Positions 41,218 through 51,821 of a stretch of DNA of 64,000 bases are shown one piece after another; positions within the stretch are counted from its first letter, which is position 1, and every line of letters starts with the position of its first letter. This DNA comes from Candidatus Moranbacteria bacterium GW2011_GWE2_35_2-. Lineage in GTDB: Bacteria > Patescibacteriota > Minisyncoccia > Moranbacterales > UBA9337. The notes beneath the pieces were generated by a model, which made no database searches, was not told where the DNA came from, and was given only the letters and a program-made list of their open reading frames with translations. Where the stretch lies: assembly GCA_000990585.1 (NCBI GenBank), contig LBQD01000003.1, positions 15,504-79,503 on the forward strand, in the 5' to 3' direction. The position numbers were made by a program, and so were the translations under genes.

Positions 41218-41629
41218 AATAAAAAAAAAGAAAGTGATGGTTTTTGGGACTTTTGATATTTTTCATCCGGGACATCGGAGTTTTTTGAATCAGGCGAAAA
41301 AATATGGAAATTATTTGATTGTGGTTGTAGCAAGAGATAAAACAGTCAAAGTTTTCAAAAAACAAGATACGAAAAATAAGGAGAAAGTACGAACGAAGAT
41401 GATTCAAGAAAGTGCTTTGGCGGATGAGGTGATTTTGGGGAGTTTGGGAGATAAATATGCAATCATAAAAAAGCGCAAACCGAATGTGATTTGTTTGGGA
41501 TACGACCAGGAATTTTTTATTGAAAATTTAAAAAGTAAATTAAAAGAATTTGGATTAATCAAAACGGAAATTATTCGATTGAAATCATATAAACCGGAAA
41601 TATATAAATCTTCAAAATTAAGGAAATAG
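41210..41629 (+). CDS. Cytidylyltransferase-like small nucleotidyltransferase (RibL/TagD-like)
   Basis: VMVFGTFDIFHPGHRSFL matches the (H/T)xGH cytidylyltransferase signature. Confidence 0.65.
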   Translation: MNKIKKKKVMVFGTFDIFHPGHRSFLNQAKKYGNYLIVVVARDKTVKVFKKQDTKNKEKVRTKMIQESALADEVILGSLGDKYAIIKKRKPNVICLGYDQEFFIENLKSKLKEFGLIKTEIIRLKSYKPEIYKSSKLRK

Positions 41630-41700
41630 AACATTTTTTCTTGTTGCAAAAAAATCTTCAAAATGTTAATATATCTTTATATTAAAGGAGAAAAAACTTT

Positions 41701-43017
41701 ATGCTGGATATTAAATTTATTAGAGAAAACAGTGCGGAATTGAAAAAGGCCATTGAAAACAAGAATATTGATCTTGATTTGGAGCGTCTTTTGAATTTGG
41801 ATAAGGAGAGAGTGAAGATGATGCAGGAAATCGAAGAGCTTCAGGCTCAGAAAAATAAAATAAACGAAGAAATACAGAAATCTAAAGATAAAAAATCAGT
41901 TATTGAAAAGGGAAAAGAAATAAAAGAGAAACTTTCCAGATTAGAGCCACTTGGCGAGAAATTACAAAAAGAATTTGAAGATTTGATGATAAAAGTTCCA
42001 ACTATTCCTTCAGAAGATACGCCGATTGGGAAGGATAGCAGTGAAAATGTGGAAATCGAAAAATGGGGAGAGATTGTGCAATTTACTTTCGCGCCAAAAA
42101 CACATATTCAAATTGCTAAAGATTTGGACATTATTGATTTTGATCGTGGAGCAAAAGTTGCCGGATACCGCGGATATTATATGAAAAATGAGGGAGCGCT
42201 TTTGCAAATGGCTTTGATGATGTTTGCGTTGGAAAAATTAATTCAAAAAGGCTTTGTTCCGATTATTCCTCCGACATTAGTCAAAGAATTTGTGCTTTGC
42301 GGGACGGGATATTTTTCCGGAAGAAATTTCAATCCAGAAATTGATGAAATTTACAAAATTGAAAATATCGATAAAACGGAAGACGGAAGGGCAAATAAAG
42401 AAAACAAATTTTTGGTTGGAACCGCTGAGCCATCCTTATTGGCTTATTATGCCAATGAAATTTTGGACGCGTCAAAACTTCCTGTGAAATTTTGCGGTTT
42501 TTCCCAATGCTATCGCAGTGAAATCGGAAGTTATGGAAAAGATACAAAAGGATTATATCGCGTGCATGAGTTTATGAAAGTGGAGCAAATTTGTATGACA
42601 GAAAACAATATTGAACAATCGAATAAAATGCATTTGGAAATGGTGGAAATTTCCAAAGAACTTCATCGGGAATTAGGATTGCCATATCGCGTACTGAGTA
42701 TTTGTACCGGAGATATGAGTGCGGGAAAATACAAGATGTTTGACTTGGAGGCGTGGATGCCGGGAATGAATCGTTGGGGGGAAACCGGATCGGCTTCTAA
42801 TTTTTTGGATTGGCAGGCGCGTCGGTTGAATGTGAAATACAAAGATACGGACGGAAAAAACAAATTTGTGCATATGATAAACAATACTGCTATACCGTCG
42901 CCGAGAATGATAATTTCAATTCTGGAAAATTACCAGCAGGCTGATGGAAGTGTTGTGATTCCGGAAGTGCTCAGAAAGTGGATGCCGGGAGGCGTGGAAA
43001 AAATCGAAGCAAAATAA
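41701..43017 (+). CDS. serS: Seryl-tRNA synthetase
   Basis: N-terminal coiled-coil arm, class II motifs (FRSEIGS..G.DT.GL.R.HEF.KVE) and GSAS... Confidence 0.9.
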   Translation: MLDIKFIRENSAELKKAIENKNIDLDLERLLNLDKERVKMMQEIEELQAQKNKINEEIQKSKDKKSVIEKGKEIKEKLSRLEPLGEKLQKEFEDLMIKVPTIPSEDTPIGKDSSENVEIEKWGEIVQFTFAPKTHIQIAKDLDIIDFDRGAKVAGYRGYYMKNEGALLQMALMMFALEKLIQKGFVPIIPPTLVKEFVLCGTGYFSGRNFNPEIDEIYKIENIDKTEDGRANKENKFLVGTAEPSLLAYYANEILDASKLPVKFCGFSQCYRSEIGSYGKDTKGLYRVHEFMKVEQICMTENNIEQSNKMHLEMVEISKELHRELGLPYRVLSICTGDMSAGKYKMFDLEAWMPGMNRWGETGSASNFLDWQARRLNVKYKDTDGKNKFVHMINNTAIPSPRMIISILENYQQADGSVVIPEVLRKWMPGGVEKIEAK

Positions 43018-43035
43018 TAATAATAAAATTTTTTA

Positions 43036-43370
43036 TGGGAAAGTTTATTTCATGGAGCGAATTCAAAGAATTTTTGGGAGAGTATAAGATTTTGAGCGTG
43101 GGAATTGCGTTTATAATGAGTCAGGCGATAAATGATTTTGTGAAATCTTTCGTCGATTATATTTTTATGCCTTTTTTAGATCCGCTTACGCCGGATGAAA
43201 CTTGGGAAGCAGCGGTTTTTCACATAGGAAAGATAGAAATTTCATGGGGAATATTTCTAAGCAAATTTATCTATCTTGCTTTAGTTTCGATCATAGTTTT
43301 TGTTTTTATAAGAAAGATTTTAAAGGCGGATGTCAATAGCAATGCTAAAAAAGATTTGGTGAAAAAGTAA
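43036..43370 (+). CDS. mscL: Large-conductance mechanosensitive channel
   Basis: FKEFLGEYKILSVGIAFIMSQAINDFVKSFVDYIFMPFL matches the MscL TM1/periplasmic-loop consensus. Start chosen at the internal ATG at 43036. Confidence 0.7.
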
Positions 43371-43415
43371 AAAATACAACTTATATCAAATTTATAAAAA
43401 TAAAAAATATATAAA

Positions 43416-44048
43416 ATGAAAAAACAAACAAAAATATTATTATGGATATTGCCGGTGTTTATTTCTTCTGTTCTCTTGCATAACATTATATATGCTTTTT
43501 TTAAAATTGAAGAATCTTTATTTTTTATTTTATCCTTGGTGTCAGTGGCATTTTTTGTTTTATTATTTGTTTCAATCATGATCCATCTTTTATTGGATAT
43601 TGTCTTTAAAAAAGAAAAAAATAAGAATGTTGTATGTGTGACGAAAAATGCCAAAAATACGAATGAAAAAAATTCGCGCAAAAAGGATTCTATCGGGGGT
43701 CGGGCGGCGGATAAAATAACGGGAATAATCGGAAGTTGGAAATTTTTAATTATTCAAACAACATTTCTTTCGATTTGGATTATTGTTAATATTGTTGCGT
43801 GGTTTTGGCACTGGGATCAGTATCCTTTTATTTTACTTAATTTGGTTCTTAGTTTTCAGGCAGCTTATGCGGCGCCGATAATTATGATGAGTCAAAATCG
43901 CGCAGCAGAACTTGATCGAAAAAAATGGGAGATAGATTTGGCGACTGATCGAAAGGCGGAGCGAGAAATTTGTGCTATTCAAAGAAAATTAGAACAGTTG
44001 GATAGGGAAAAAATTGATAGGATTCTGGAAATTTTGAAGAAAAAATAG
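43416..44048 (+). CDS. DUF1003-family membrane protein
   Basis: WKFLIIQTTFLSIWIIVNIVAWFWHWDQYPFILLNLVLSFQAAYAAPIIMMSQNRAAELDRKKWEIDL is the DUF1003 signature. Confidence 0.65.
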   Translation: MKKQTKILLWILPVFISSVLLHNIIYAFFKIEESLFFILSLVSVAFFVLLFVSIMIHLLLDIVFKKEKNKNVVCVTKNAKNTNEKNSRKKDSIGGRAADKITGIIGSWKFLIIQTTFLSIWIIVNIVAWFWHWDQYPFILLNLVLSFQAAYAAPIIMMSQNRAAELDRKKWEIDLATDRKAEREICAIQRKLEQLDREKIDRILEILKKK

Positions 44049-44062
44049 AAATTAAAAACCAT

Positions 44063-44692
44063 ATGCTGTATTTTTTGGATTTATTGGGAACGTTTGCATT
44101 TGCGGTGACGGGGGCGTACAAGGCTAAGGGTGCGCGATTGCATATTTTCGGCGTGATTTTTTTGGGAATTATTACGGCAGTTGGCGGGGGAACTTTTCGC
44201 GACGTGGCGATTGGCAGGACTCCGCTTTTTTATTTTCAAGATGCTAACTATTTACTTCTTGCGATTCTGGCGGGAGTGGTGATTTATTTTGCGCCGACGT
44301 TTTTCGCCAAGCAATATTCACTTTTTCGTTTTATTGATTCGGTTGGCTTGGCAGCTTTCGTGATTATTGGAGTTTCGGTTGCTAATTTATCTTTGTTTGG
44401 TGGTGATCATTTTTCTTTTATTTCGCTTTTGGTTTCGGTTTTTCTGGGAATGCTTACTGGGTTTGGTGGGGGAATTATTCGCGACGCGATTATGGGAGGC
44501 GTTCCGCTTTCGCTCACACATGGATCGAATTATGTTTTTTCGGCATTTTGGGGCGCGCTGTCTTTTTATCTTTTGAAAAACATCAATATGGGTCTGGCGA
44601 TTGCAGTTTCTTTTGCGATAACTTTGATTTTGCGGGAAGTGGTTTCAAAATACGGAATATATAATCGACTGATAAAAAGTAAAAATGAATAA
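44063..44692 (+). CDS. UPF0126 (TRIC/YadS/YicG-type) trimeric cation-channel family membrane protein
   Basis: Two repeated UPF0126 domains (FAVTGAYKA... and the GGG.RD motif present twice). Confidence 0.7.
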   Translation: MLYFLDLLGTFAFAVTGAYKAKGARLHIFGVIFLGIITAVGGGTFRDVAIGRTPLFYFQDANYLLLAILAGVVIYFAPTFFAKQYSLFRFIDSVGLAAFVIIGVSVANLSLFGGDHFSFISLLVSVFLGMLTGFGGGIIRDAIMGGVPLSLTHGSNYVFSAFWGALSFYLLKNINMGLAIAVSFAITLILREVVSKYGIYNRLIKSKNE

Positions 44693-45947
44693 AAAAATGT
44701 ACGCCCAAAGCGAAAATAAAAAACTGAAATTTCCAAAAGGTTTTTTGTGGGGGACGGCGATTTCGGCGTATCAAGTTGAGGGAAACAATACGCATGCTGA
44801 TTGGTGGAAATGGGAGCAAAAGGGAAAAATAAAGATAAAATCCGGAAATGCTTGTGATTATTATCGCCGATTTAAATCTGATCACGATTTTTTGCAAGAG
44901 TTGGGGTGTAATACTTTTCGTCTTTCAGTCGAATGGGCGAGGGTTGAACCTGAGGAGGGAAAATTTTCTAAAAAAGAATTGGCGCATTATCGCGAAGTGC
45001 TTTTGGATTTGAAAAAAAGAGATATTAAAATTCAATTGACATTATGGTGGTGGACCAGCCCGATTTGGTTTTCGGAGAAATATGGATTTCACAAGAAAAA
45101 ATCAGTAGAAGTTTTTGCCAGATATGCACAAAAAGTTGTTGATGAGTTGGGCGATTTGATAGATATATATCAAACTTTTAATGAGCCAATGGTTCCCTTG
45201 GGGCAGGGATATTTGTCCGGACAATTTCCTCCCGGAATTAGAAATCCATGGAAACTTTTAAAAGCGGCGAATAATATCGCTAAGGCGCATAAGAGAGTAT
45301 ATGAAATTATAAAAAATAAATATCCAGAGGTTGAGGTCGGCATTAGTTATTTGTATAATTGGTATGAGTCGGAAAATTTGGGATTTTTAATTGCAATAGT
45401 CAACAGGGTTTCGAAGTGGTTTCGGGTTGATTTGATTGATGGTAAAATTGGAGAAAATTTGGATTTTATTGGAGTTCAATATTATCGTTTGGGAAAAATA
45501 AAATATGATTGGGGAAATATGGGTAAATTAGACGCGAAAAATCAAATATATTATGGATTTACGATTGAAGAAGATAAAAATAATTTGATGAAATGGATTT
45601 CTTATCCAGAGGGAATCTATCGAGTTCTAACGGAGATAAAAAAAAATCGCAATACTCCGATATATATTACTGAAAATGGAGTGCCAACTGATGTTGGACT
45701 TAATGATCAGGAAAGAATTGTATTTATTAAAGAGCATCTAAAATATATGCATAAGGCGATTTCCGAAGGAGTGGATGTGCGAGGGTATAATCATTGGTCG
45801 CTTCTGGATAATTTCGAATGGCTTTATGGCTACACTCCAAGATTTGGATTAGTCGAAATTGATTTTAGTACAATGGAGCGAAAGCCGAGAAAAAGTTTCT
45901 ATGAATACGCCAAGATTTGCAAAAATAACGAATTGGATTTGAATTAA
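44685..45947 (+). CDS. Glycoside hydrolase family 1 (beta-glucosidase/beta-galactosidase)
   Basis: FLWGTAISAYQVEG, NEP (the acid/base) and ITENG (the nucleophile). Confidence 0.9.
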   Translation: MNKKMYAQSENKKLKFPKGFLWGTAISAYQVEGNNTHADWWKWEQKGKIKIKSGNACDYYRRFKSDHDFLQELGCNTFRLSVEWARVEPEEGKFSKKELAHYREVLLDLKKRDIKIQLTLWWWTSPIWFSEKYGFHKKKSVEVFARYAQKVVDELGDLIDIYQTFNEPMVPLGQGYLSGQFPPGIRNPWKLLKAANNIAKAHKRVYEIIKNKYPEVEVGISYLYNWYESENLGFLIAIVNRVSKWFRVDLIDGKIGENLDFIGVQYYRLGKIKYDWGNMGKLDAKNQIYYGFTIEEDKNNLMKWISYPEGIYRVLTEIKKNRNTPIYITENGVPTDVGLNDQERIVFIKEHLKYMHKAISEGVDVRGYNHWSLLDNFEWLYGYTPRFGLVEIDFSTMERKPRKSFYEYAKICKNNELDLN

Positions 45948-45970
45948 TTTTTTTTATACGAAATATCATT

Positions 45971-46612
45971 ATGAGAAATATATATTCAAAATTTGTACAG
46001 ATAAACAGAGTGATTCGCTTTTTGATTATATCAGACTTGTTTATCATTGGAGGGTTTGCCTTAATTGCTCCAATTTTTGCTATTTATATAACCGGATCCA
46101 TTGAAGGAGCGGATTTGAGGGTTTTAGGAATAGCCGAGGCGATATATCTTTTCACTAGGAGTTTTTTTCAGATTCCGGCAGCTTCATTGATTGATAGGAT
46201 ACAAGGAGATAAGGATAATTTTTGGGCGATTATTATTGGTGTTTCACTTTATGCCGTGGTTTCTCTTTCATATTTAATAGTGACTAGTCCTTTACAGTTA
46301 TATTTAGTCCAGTTTTTATATGGGTTGGGAGCGGCGATAGCTGTTCCGGCTTGGATGTCGGTTTTTATGAAAAATGTCGACAGTCAGCACGAAGGATTGG
46401 AGTGGGGGGTATATGATACTTCTGTGGGATTAGGAAGTGCCGCCGCCGCTTTTTTTGGCGGGGTGATTTCTGATAAATTTGGTTTTGCTCCTGTTTTTAT
46501 TTCTATTGCAGTTTTGTCCGTTTTGGGGATAATAATGTTGTTTTTTGTTAAAGATCAGATTTGTTTTAAAGACGTATGCCTAAATAAAGAGAGTAAAGAT
46601 GATGGGTTGTAA
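45971..46612 (+). CDS. Half-size MFS-like transporter (6 transmembrane segments)
   Basis: Six hydrophobic helices with an MFS-like loop motif. Possibly a truncated or half transporter. Confidence 0.5.
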   Translation: MRNIYSKFVQINRVIRFLIISDLFIIGGFALIAPIFAIYITGSIEGADLRVLGIAEAIYLFTRSFFQIPAASLIDRIQGDKDNFWAIIIGVSLYAVVSLSYLIVTSPLQLYLVQFLYGLGAAIAVPAWMSVFMKNVDSQHEGLEWGVYDTSVGLGSAAAAFFGGVISDKFGFAPVFISIAVLSVLGIIMLFFVKDQICFKDVCLNKESKDDGL

Positions 46613-46645
46613 TAGTTTTTATTCGTGGCTATAATATCTTAAAAT

Positions 46646-47086
46646 ATGAAGATTGTATTATTAAAGGATGTAAAAAAGTTGGGACGCGCTGGGGAAATTA
46701 AAGAAGTGGCTGAAGGATATGCGCGTAATTTTTTGTTTGCGCGAAAGTTGGCAGAGGCGGCAACCGAAAGTGTGATACAAAACATTAATCAGGTTAAATT
46801 GAAACAAGAAGAAAAGAAAAAATTAGAACAGAAAAAGATTCAAGAAATTGCCAATAAACTGAAAAATAAGCGAATTATTATTCGGTCCAAGGGCAGTGGA
46901 AAGAAACTTTTTGGTTCTGTGAGTGGCAAAGAGGTTGTTTTGGCATTAAAAAATGAAGGATTTGAAATTGATCAAAAAGGTGTTATACTGGACAAAGTGA
47001 TAAAAGAAGTTGGAGAGCATAAGGTGAAAATTAATCTGGGCGGAGGGGTATATCGTGAGATTTTAGTGGAGATTGTAAGCGTTTGA
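46646..47086 (+). CDS. rplI: Ribosomal protein L9
   Basis: [30 protein letters not shown] is the L9 N-domain. Confidence 0.9.
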   Translation: MKIVLLKDVKKLGRAGEIKEVAEGYARNFLFARKLAEAATESVIQNINQVKLKQEEKKKLEQKKIQEIANKLKNKRIIIRSKGSGKKLFGSVSGKEVVLALKNEGFEIDQKGVILDKVIKEVGEHKVKINLGGGVYREILVEIVSV

Positions 47087-47164
47087 AAGTAAAGAATAAT
47101 CCTTTTAATTTTTGTGGAATTTTAATAATTTTTTTAAGTCGCAGGGGGTGCGGCTCTTTGTTTT

Positions 47165-48799
47165 ATGAAAAACAGAAAATACATTTTTGTGATCGGGGGA
47201 GTAATGAGCGGGGTTGGAAAAGGAATTACAACATCTTCAATCGGAACAATATTGAAAGCGCGCGGATATAAAATAACCGCAATGAAAATTGATCCCTATT
47301 TGAATGTGGATGCCGGAACAATGAATCCGACCGAGCATGGAGAAACTTTCGTTCTTGATAGTGGATTGGAATGTGATCAGGATATGGGAAATTACGAAAG
47401 GTTTTTGGACGTGGAAGCACTTCCTTCGGAAAACTATATGACTTCTGGAATGGTCTATCAATCCGTAATCAATAAAGAGCGCAATTTGGAATATGGTGGA
47501 AAATGCGTAGAAGCTGTTCCGCATATTCCGCAAGAAATAATCGAGAGAATTGAAAAAGCTTCCCGACAGGCAGATTCGGAAATAACCTTGATTGAGATTG
47601 GAGGAACAGTTGGAGAATATCAAAATATTCTTTTTATTGAAGCGGCAAGAATGATGAAGCTTAGAAATCCCGAAAACGTTATGTTTGTTTTAGTGAGCTA
47701 TTTGCCAATTCCATCCAAAGTAGGAGAAATGAAAACCAAACCGACGCAATATGCAGTGCGAACATTAAATTCATACGGAGTTCAACCAGATGTTATTGTT
47801 GCCAGAAGCGAAACTTTTTTAGACAAAAAGAGAAAAGAAAAAATTGCTATTTCTTGTAATGTTCCTGAGCGGTATGTTATTTCTGCTCCGGATATCGAGT
47901 CAATTTATGAAGTGCCGATTAATTTCGAGCGTGATGATTTAAGTCGATTGATTTTGAAAAAATTAGGTCTTAAATCGCGAAAAAGTGATTTGAAACAGTG
48001 GTATGATTTGGTGGAGAATATTAAAAAATCTAAAAAACCGGTGAAAATTGGGATGGTGGGAAAATATTTTGGAACTGGTGATTTTGTATTGAGTGATGCG
48101 TATATTAGCGTCATTGAAGCGGTAAAGCATGCGTGTTATGCAAATAACGTGAAGCCTAAATTGAGTTGGATTAACAGTGAGCAATTTGAAAAAGAGCCGG
48201 AAAAAATTAAAAATTTGAAAGAATACGACGGAGTGATTGTTCCGGGTGGATTCGGTAGTCGGGGAATTGAAGGAAAGATAAAGGCGATTGAGTTTTGTCG
48301 AGAAAATAAAATTCCGTTTCTCGGGCTTTGTTATGGAATGCAATTGGCGGTAATTGAATTTTCCCGTCACAAGTTAGGATTAAAGGACGCTCATACTACC
48401 GAGGTTGATCGTGATACAAAAAATCCAGTAATTGATATTATGCCGGAGCAGAAGAAAAATTTGGAAGACAAAAATTACGGTGCTACGATGAGACTCGGCG
48501 GTTATGTTGCAAATCTGAAAAAGGGAACTATCGCACAAAAAGCTTATGGAAAAACTAAAATTTCCGAACGGCACAGACATCGTTGGGAAGTTAATCCTGC
48601 ATATATCGAGAAAATTGAAAAAGGCGGAATGATATTTTCCGGAAAATCTCCGGATGGAAAATTGATGGAAATTATCGAGCTTCCCGAGTCCGAACATCCG
48701 TTCTTTTTGGCAACACAATTTCATCCGGAATTGAAGTCTTCACCCCTTAAATCTCATTCTTTATTTTTGAAATTTATCAGAGTGGCAATAGGCAAATGA
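47165..48799 (+). CDS. pyrG: CTP synthase
   Basis: KYIFVIGGVMSGVGKGI..., and the glutamine amidotransferase domain with GLCYGMQ. Confidence 0.95.
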   Translation: MKNRKYIFVIGGVMSGVGKGITTSSIGTILKARGYKITAMKIDPYLNVDAGTMNPTEHGETFVLDSGLECDQDMGNYERFLDVEALPSENYMTSGMVYQSVINKERNLEYGGKCVEAVPHIPQEIIERIEKASRQADSEITLIEIGGTVGEYQNILFIEAARMMKLRNPENVMFVLVSYLPIPSKVGEMKTKPTQYAVRTLNSYGVQPDVIVARSETFLDKKRKEKIAISCNVPERYVISAPDIESIYEVPINFERDDLSRLILKKLGLKSRKSDLKQWYDLVENIKKSKKPVKIGMVGKYFGTGDFVLSDAYISVIEAVKHACYANNVKPKLSWINSEQFEKEPEKIKNLKEYDGVIVPGGFGSRGIEGKIKAIEFCRENKIPFLGLCYGMQLAVIEFSRHKLGLKDAHTTEVDRDTKNPVIDIMPEQKKNLEDKNYGATMRLGGYVANLKKGTIAQKAYGKTKISERHRHRWEVNPAYIEKIEKGGMIFSGKSPDGKLMEIIELPESEHPFFLATQFHPELKSSPLKSHSLFLKFIRVAIGK

Positions 48800-48875
48800 T
48801 AATGATTGTTATTAGTAACTGTTGACTTATAATGGCTTTATGATAGGCTTTTTATGATATTGCCCCAAGAGCCTT

Positions 48876-49895
48876 ATGAAGAAAAAAAACGTAAATTTTT
48901 GGAAAAGAGCAACTAATGTTTTTCATGGTGTCTTTTTTTGTAAAAAAAACATTAAAAGAGATATTATCATAATTGTTGTTGCAATTTTTTTTATTATTAT
49001 CATAATTATTGGTATCAACTATTCTCTTGGAATAAGTTTTGAAAAGAGATTTTCTAAAAAAATTACTGATAGCTATATTTCAGGAAAAGGTATGGCTCTT
49101 GAAGAAGATATTTATCATAGTGTTCAAGAAATTCAACGAAATATTGATATAGGTGAGTGGAAAAATTATCAAAGTCGGTGGTATGGTTTTGAGGTAAAAT
49201 ATCCAGATAGCGGATGGGAAATTCCTAGGAGTTTTTCTGGTATCGCTTCTTCGAAATGGGAATATCGTTTTCAGTTTCGCAAAAACGCGGAAAATATAGA
49301 TGAGCAGAATCCATATGTTGGATTTGATGTGGTTGTGTATAACTTAACCAAAGCAAGGGAACTTTCTGATACAGAAGAGTTTCCGCAATTAAAAAACGTT
49401 GATTTGAAGGAAGATGATGAATGTGAAACTATTAACGGGCATATTATAGAAACCGGGGACTATCCAGCGGAAGAAATATACATTCCTCCGGCTGATAACT
49501 GTTATAACTCTACATTGTTTTTTAGTTTTACCAAAGGTGATTATTCATATAATCTTGTCCCTGCAGTGCGGGATGGATTTTCTTTATTAGGCGATCCGAT
49601 GATTGAAATTGCAGATAAATTCCCAGAGTTTTTTTCCGTGGTGTCTACTTTAGACTCAATTGATATTGTAAGGCCAAAGCCTAAGCCTCCAGTTCCGAAG
49701 ATTACTGCTAGACATCCTGTTTCATATAAAAATATAAACGGAAAATTGGTTTGCGCCAAGAAAAATGACAAACCTTCCAAGAGTGCCAAAGATAAAAAGA
49801 AACATTTGGATTTGGAATGCTGTCTTGATCCTGACGAATATCCTAATCCATGGTGCTATTATGATCCTGAAAAATATGGAAAATATTTAAAATAA
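48876..49895 (+). CDS. Hypothetical membrane-anchored extracytoplasmic protein
   Basis: Transmembrane segment IIIIVVAIFFIIIIIIGI. No motif. Confidence 0.45.
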   Translation: MKKKNVNFWKRATNVFHGVFFCKKNIKRDIIIIVVAIFFIIIIIIGINYSLGISFEKRFSKKITDSYISGKGMALEEDIYHSVQEIQRNIDIGEWKNYQSRWYGFEVKYPDSGWEIPRSFSGIASSKWEYRFQFRKNAENIDEQNPYVGFDVVVYNLTKARELSDTEEFPQLKNVDLKEDDECETINGHIIETGDYPAEEIYIPPADNCYNSTLFFSFTKGDYSYNLVPAVRDGFSLLGDPMIEIADKFPEFFSVVSTLDSIDIVRPKPKPPVPKITARHPVSYKNINGKLVCAKKNDKPSKSAKDKKKHLDLECCLDPDEYPNPWCYYDPEKYGKYLK

Positions 49896-49929
49896 AAAAA
49901 TTAATATTAATTATTCTTTAAATAAAAAA

Positions 49930-51708
49930 ATGAAAGAGTGGATTGGAAAAAATTACAAATGGGTTATAATCTTTGCAGTCGTTGCTTTCGGTATTTTTTT
50001 GCGAAGTTATGAGTTCTCTGATTGGCTTCACTTTGAGCTGGATCAGTCTAGGGACATTAAGGTTATTAATTTGGCAATAGAGGAAGGTCCAGGGTATTTG
50101 CCTTTGTTAGGTCCTCGTGCGGGAGGAACTTTTTTAAGACTTGGTCCGACATTTTATTATTTGGAATATTTGTCGGCGCTAGTTTTTGGAGATACGCCCG
50201 CTGGAGTTGCCGTGGTAGTGCTTATTTTTGCTATCGCCTCAATTCCTTTGTTTTATTATTTTTGTCGGCAGTATTTTAATCAAAAAGTAGCTTTGTTTTT
50301 GATGGCAGTTTTTACATTATCTTTTTATTTAATTGCATATTCAAGGTTTGCATGGAATCCGAATCCTATTCCGTTTTTTACGATTTTAATATTTTTATCT
50401 TTAATAAAAATAACTGATTCTAACGAAAGAAGAAAAAATATTTGGGCGTATATTCTTTCGGTTTCCATGGCGGTAGCTTTTCATTTGCATTTTCTATTTA
50501 TGATAGCCGTGGCTGTTTCTGTTGCAGTCTATCTTGTAATAAATAGACCAAAATTAAAAGCGAAAACATGGGCTATTTCTGTTGTAATATTTCTTCTTAT
50601 AAATTCCCCGATGATAATTAACGATATTAAGACTGGCGGGAAAAATTTCCAGGAATTTTTTAGTGCTATAGTAAACAAATCTTCAAAAAAAGAGAATTAT
50701 TTGATAAAAAAGATTTATCGCGATTTCAATGAACACTCGACAAAATATTCTCTTATTTTATTAGGAAATGAGCAATTTAATCTTACCAATATTAAATTTA
50801 AAAAGAATAATTGGTATCAGCCTAGATTTGTTTGTGAGGATGAGTGCAGAAAAAATTTGCCAATGGAAGTTTTCGGAATGATTATTTTTTCTGGTGGATT
50901 GTGGTTGCTTATTTATCGTTTTAGAAAGGAGAAAGATGAAAAAAGAAGAAGATTTTTGATGATAAATCTTATTTATTCAGGGGTTGTTTTTATTGTTTTT
51001 ATTCCTTTAGCGCTCTATTTGTCGCCGAGATTTTTTATTATTTCGGCGATAATGCCTTTTATTTTTCTTGGACTGCTTTTGGAGCTTATTGACAGTAAAA
51101 AATGGATATTTAAAAATTGGATTATTTTCAGTATTGTTTTGGTGATAATTTTGCTTAATATGCATTCTGTGGAAAAATATTTTACGCTTCTTAAAAATGC
51201 TCCGATTAAGCCTATGAAAGTAAATACAGATTTGTTTGTGGATGAAAGTGCTATTATAACTTTGGAACAACAAAAAATAATCGATAGATATATTGAAAGT
51301 TTTTATAATAAAAACGGCCATCCTGTTTATATAAGTAGTAATCCGAGATATGAGCGCTCATTATTATATCATCTTGACAGGATGGGTATAAAACAAAAGA
51401 GTTTTAATGATGGCAGTAAGGTGTATAGAAATGGTAATTATTTTTTGGTGTATATAACTCTTTCCAATATGAAAACAGATACGGTTAAATTTTTGCATAA
51501 ATTTAACATTAAAGAAGTTAAGGAGTTTGGTTCGCTTACGGTTTTTCATATTATTCCGAAAGAAAATGCGATAGATGCGCAAGAGCAGGTGATCAAAAAA
51601 ATTATAAGTAGTAGCGATGTGGGAAATTCTCAGCGTCCCAGAAGATATAGATGGAACGAAATATTTAAGGCAAAAGATTTCTATATTGAAGAGGAAATCG
51701 ATAACTGA
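49930..51708 (+). CDS. GT39/ArnT-like polytopic glycosyltransferase (dolichyl-phosphate-mannose protein mannosyltransferase-like)
   Basis: About 11 transmembrane segments with a DxD-like loop and a C-terminal soluble domain. Confidence 0.55.
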   Translation: MKEWIGKNYKWVIIFAVVAFGIFLRSYEFSDWLHFELDQSRDIKVINLAIEEGPGYLPLLGPRAGGTFLRLGPTFYYLEYLSALVFGDTPAGVAVVVLIFAIASIPLFYYFCRQYFNQKVALFLMAVFTLSFYLIAYSRFAWNPNPIPFFTILIFLSLIKITDSNERRKNIWAYILSVSMAVAFHLHFLFMIAVAVSVAVYLVINRPKLKAKTWAISVVIFLLINSPMIINDIKTGGKNFQEFFSAIVNKSSKKENYLIKKIYRDFNEHSTKYSLILLGNEQFNLTNIKFKKNNWYQPRFVCEDECRKNLPMEVFGMIIFSGGLWLLIYRFRKEKDEKRRRFLMINLIYSGVVFIVFIPLALYLSPRFFIISAIMPFIFLGLLLELIDSKKWIFKNWIIFSIVLVIILLNMHSVEKYFTLLKNAPIKPMKVNTDLFVDESAIITLEQQKIIDRYIESFYNKNGHPVYISSNPRYERSLLYHLDRMGIKQKSFNDGSKVYRNGNYFLVYITLSNMKTDTVKFLHKFNIKEVKEFGSLTVFHIIPKENAIDAQEQVIKKIISSSDVGNSQRPRRYRWNEIFKAKDFYIEEEIDN

Positions 51709-51821
51709 TAAGCATAAATTTTCTTGATATTATTCTGGCCTCCTTATCTGGCGGAGGTTTTTTAGTTTCATTGATTTATAAAAGTATGGTATAATTAAAA
51801 AATAATCTCATTTGGATTAAA

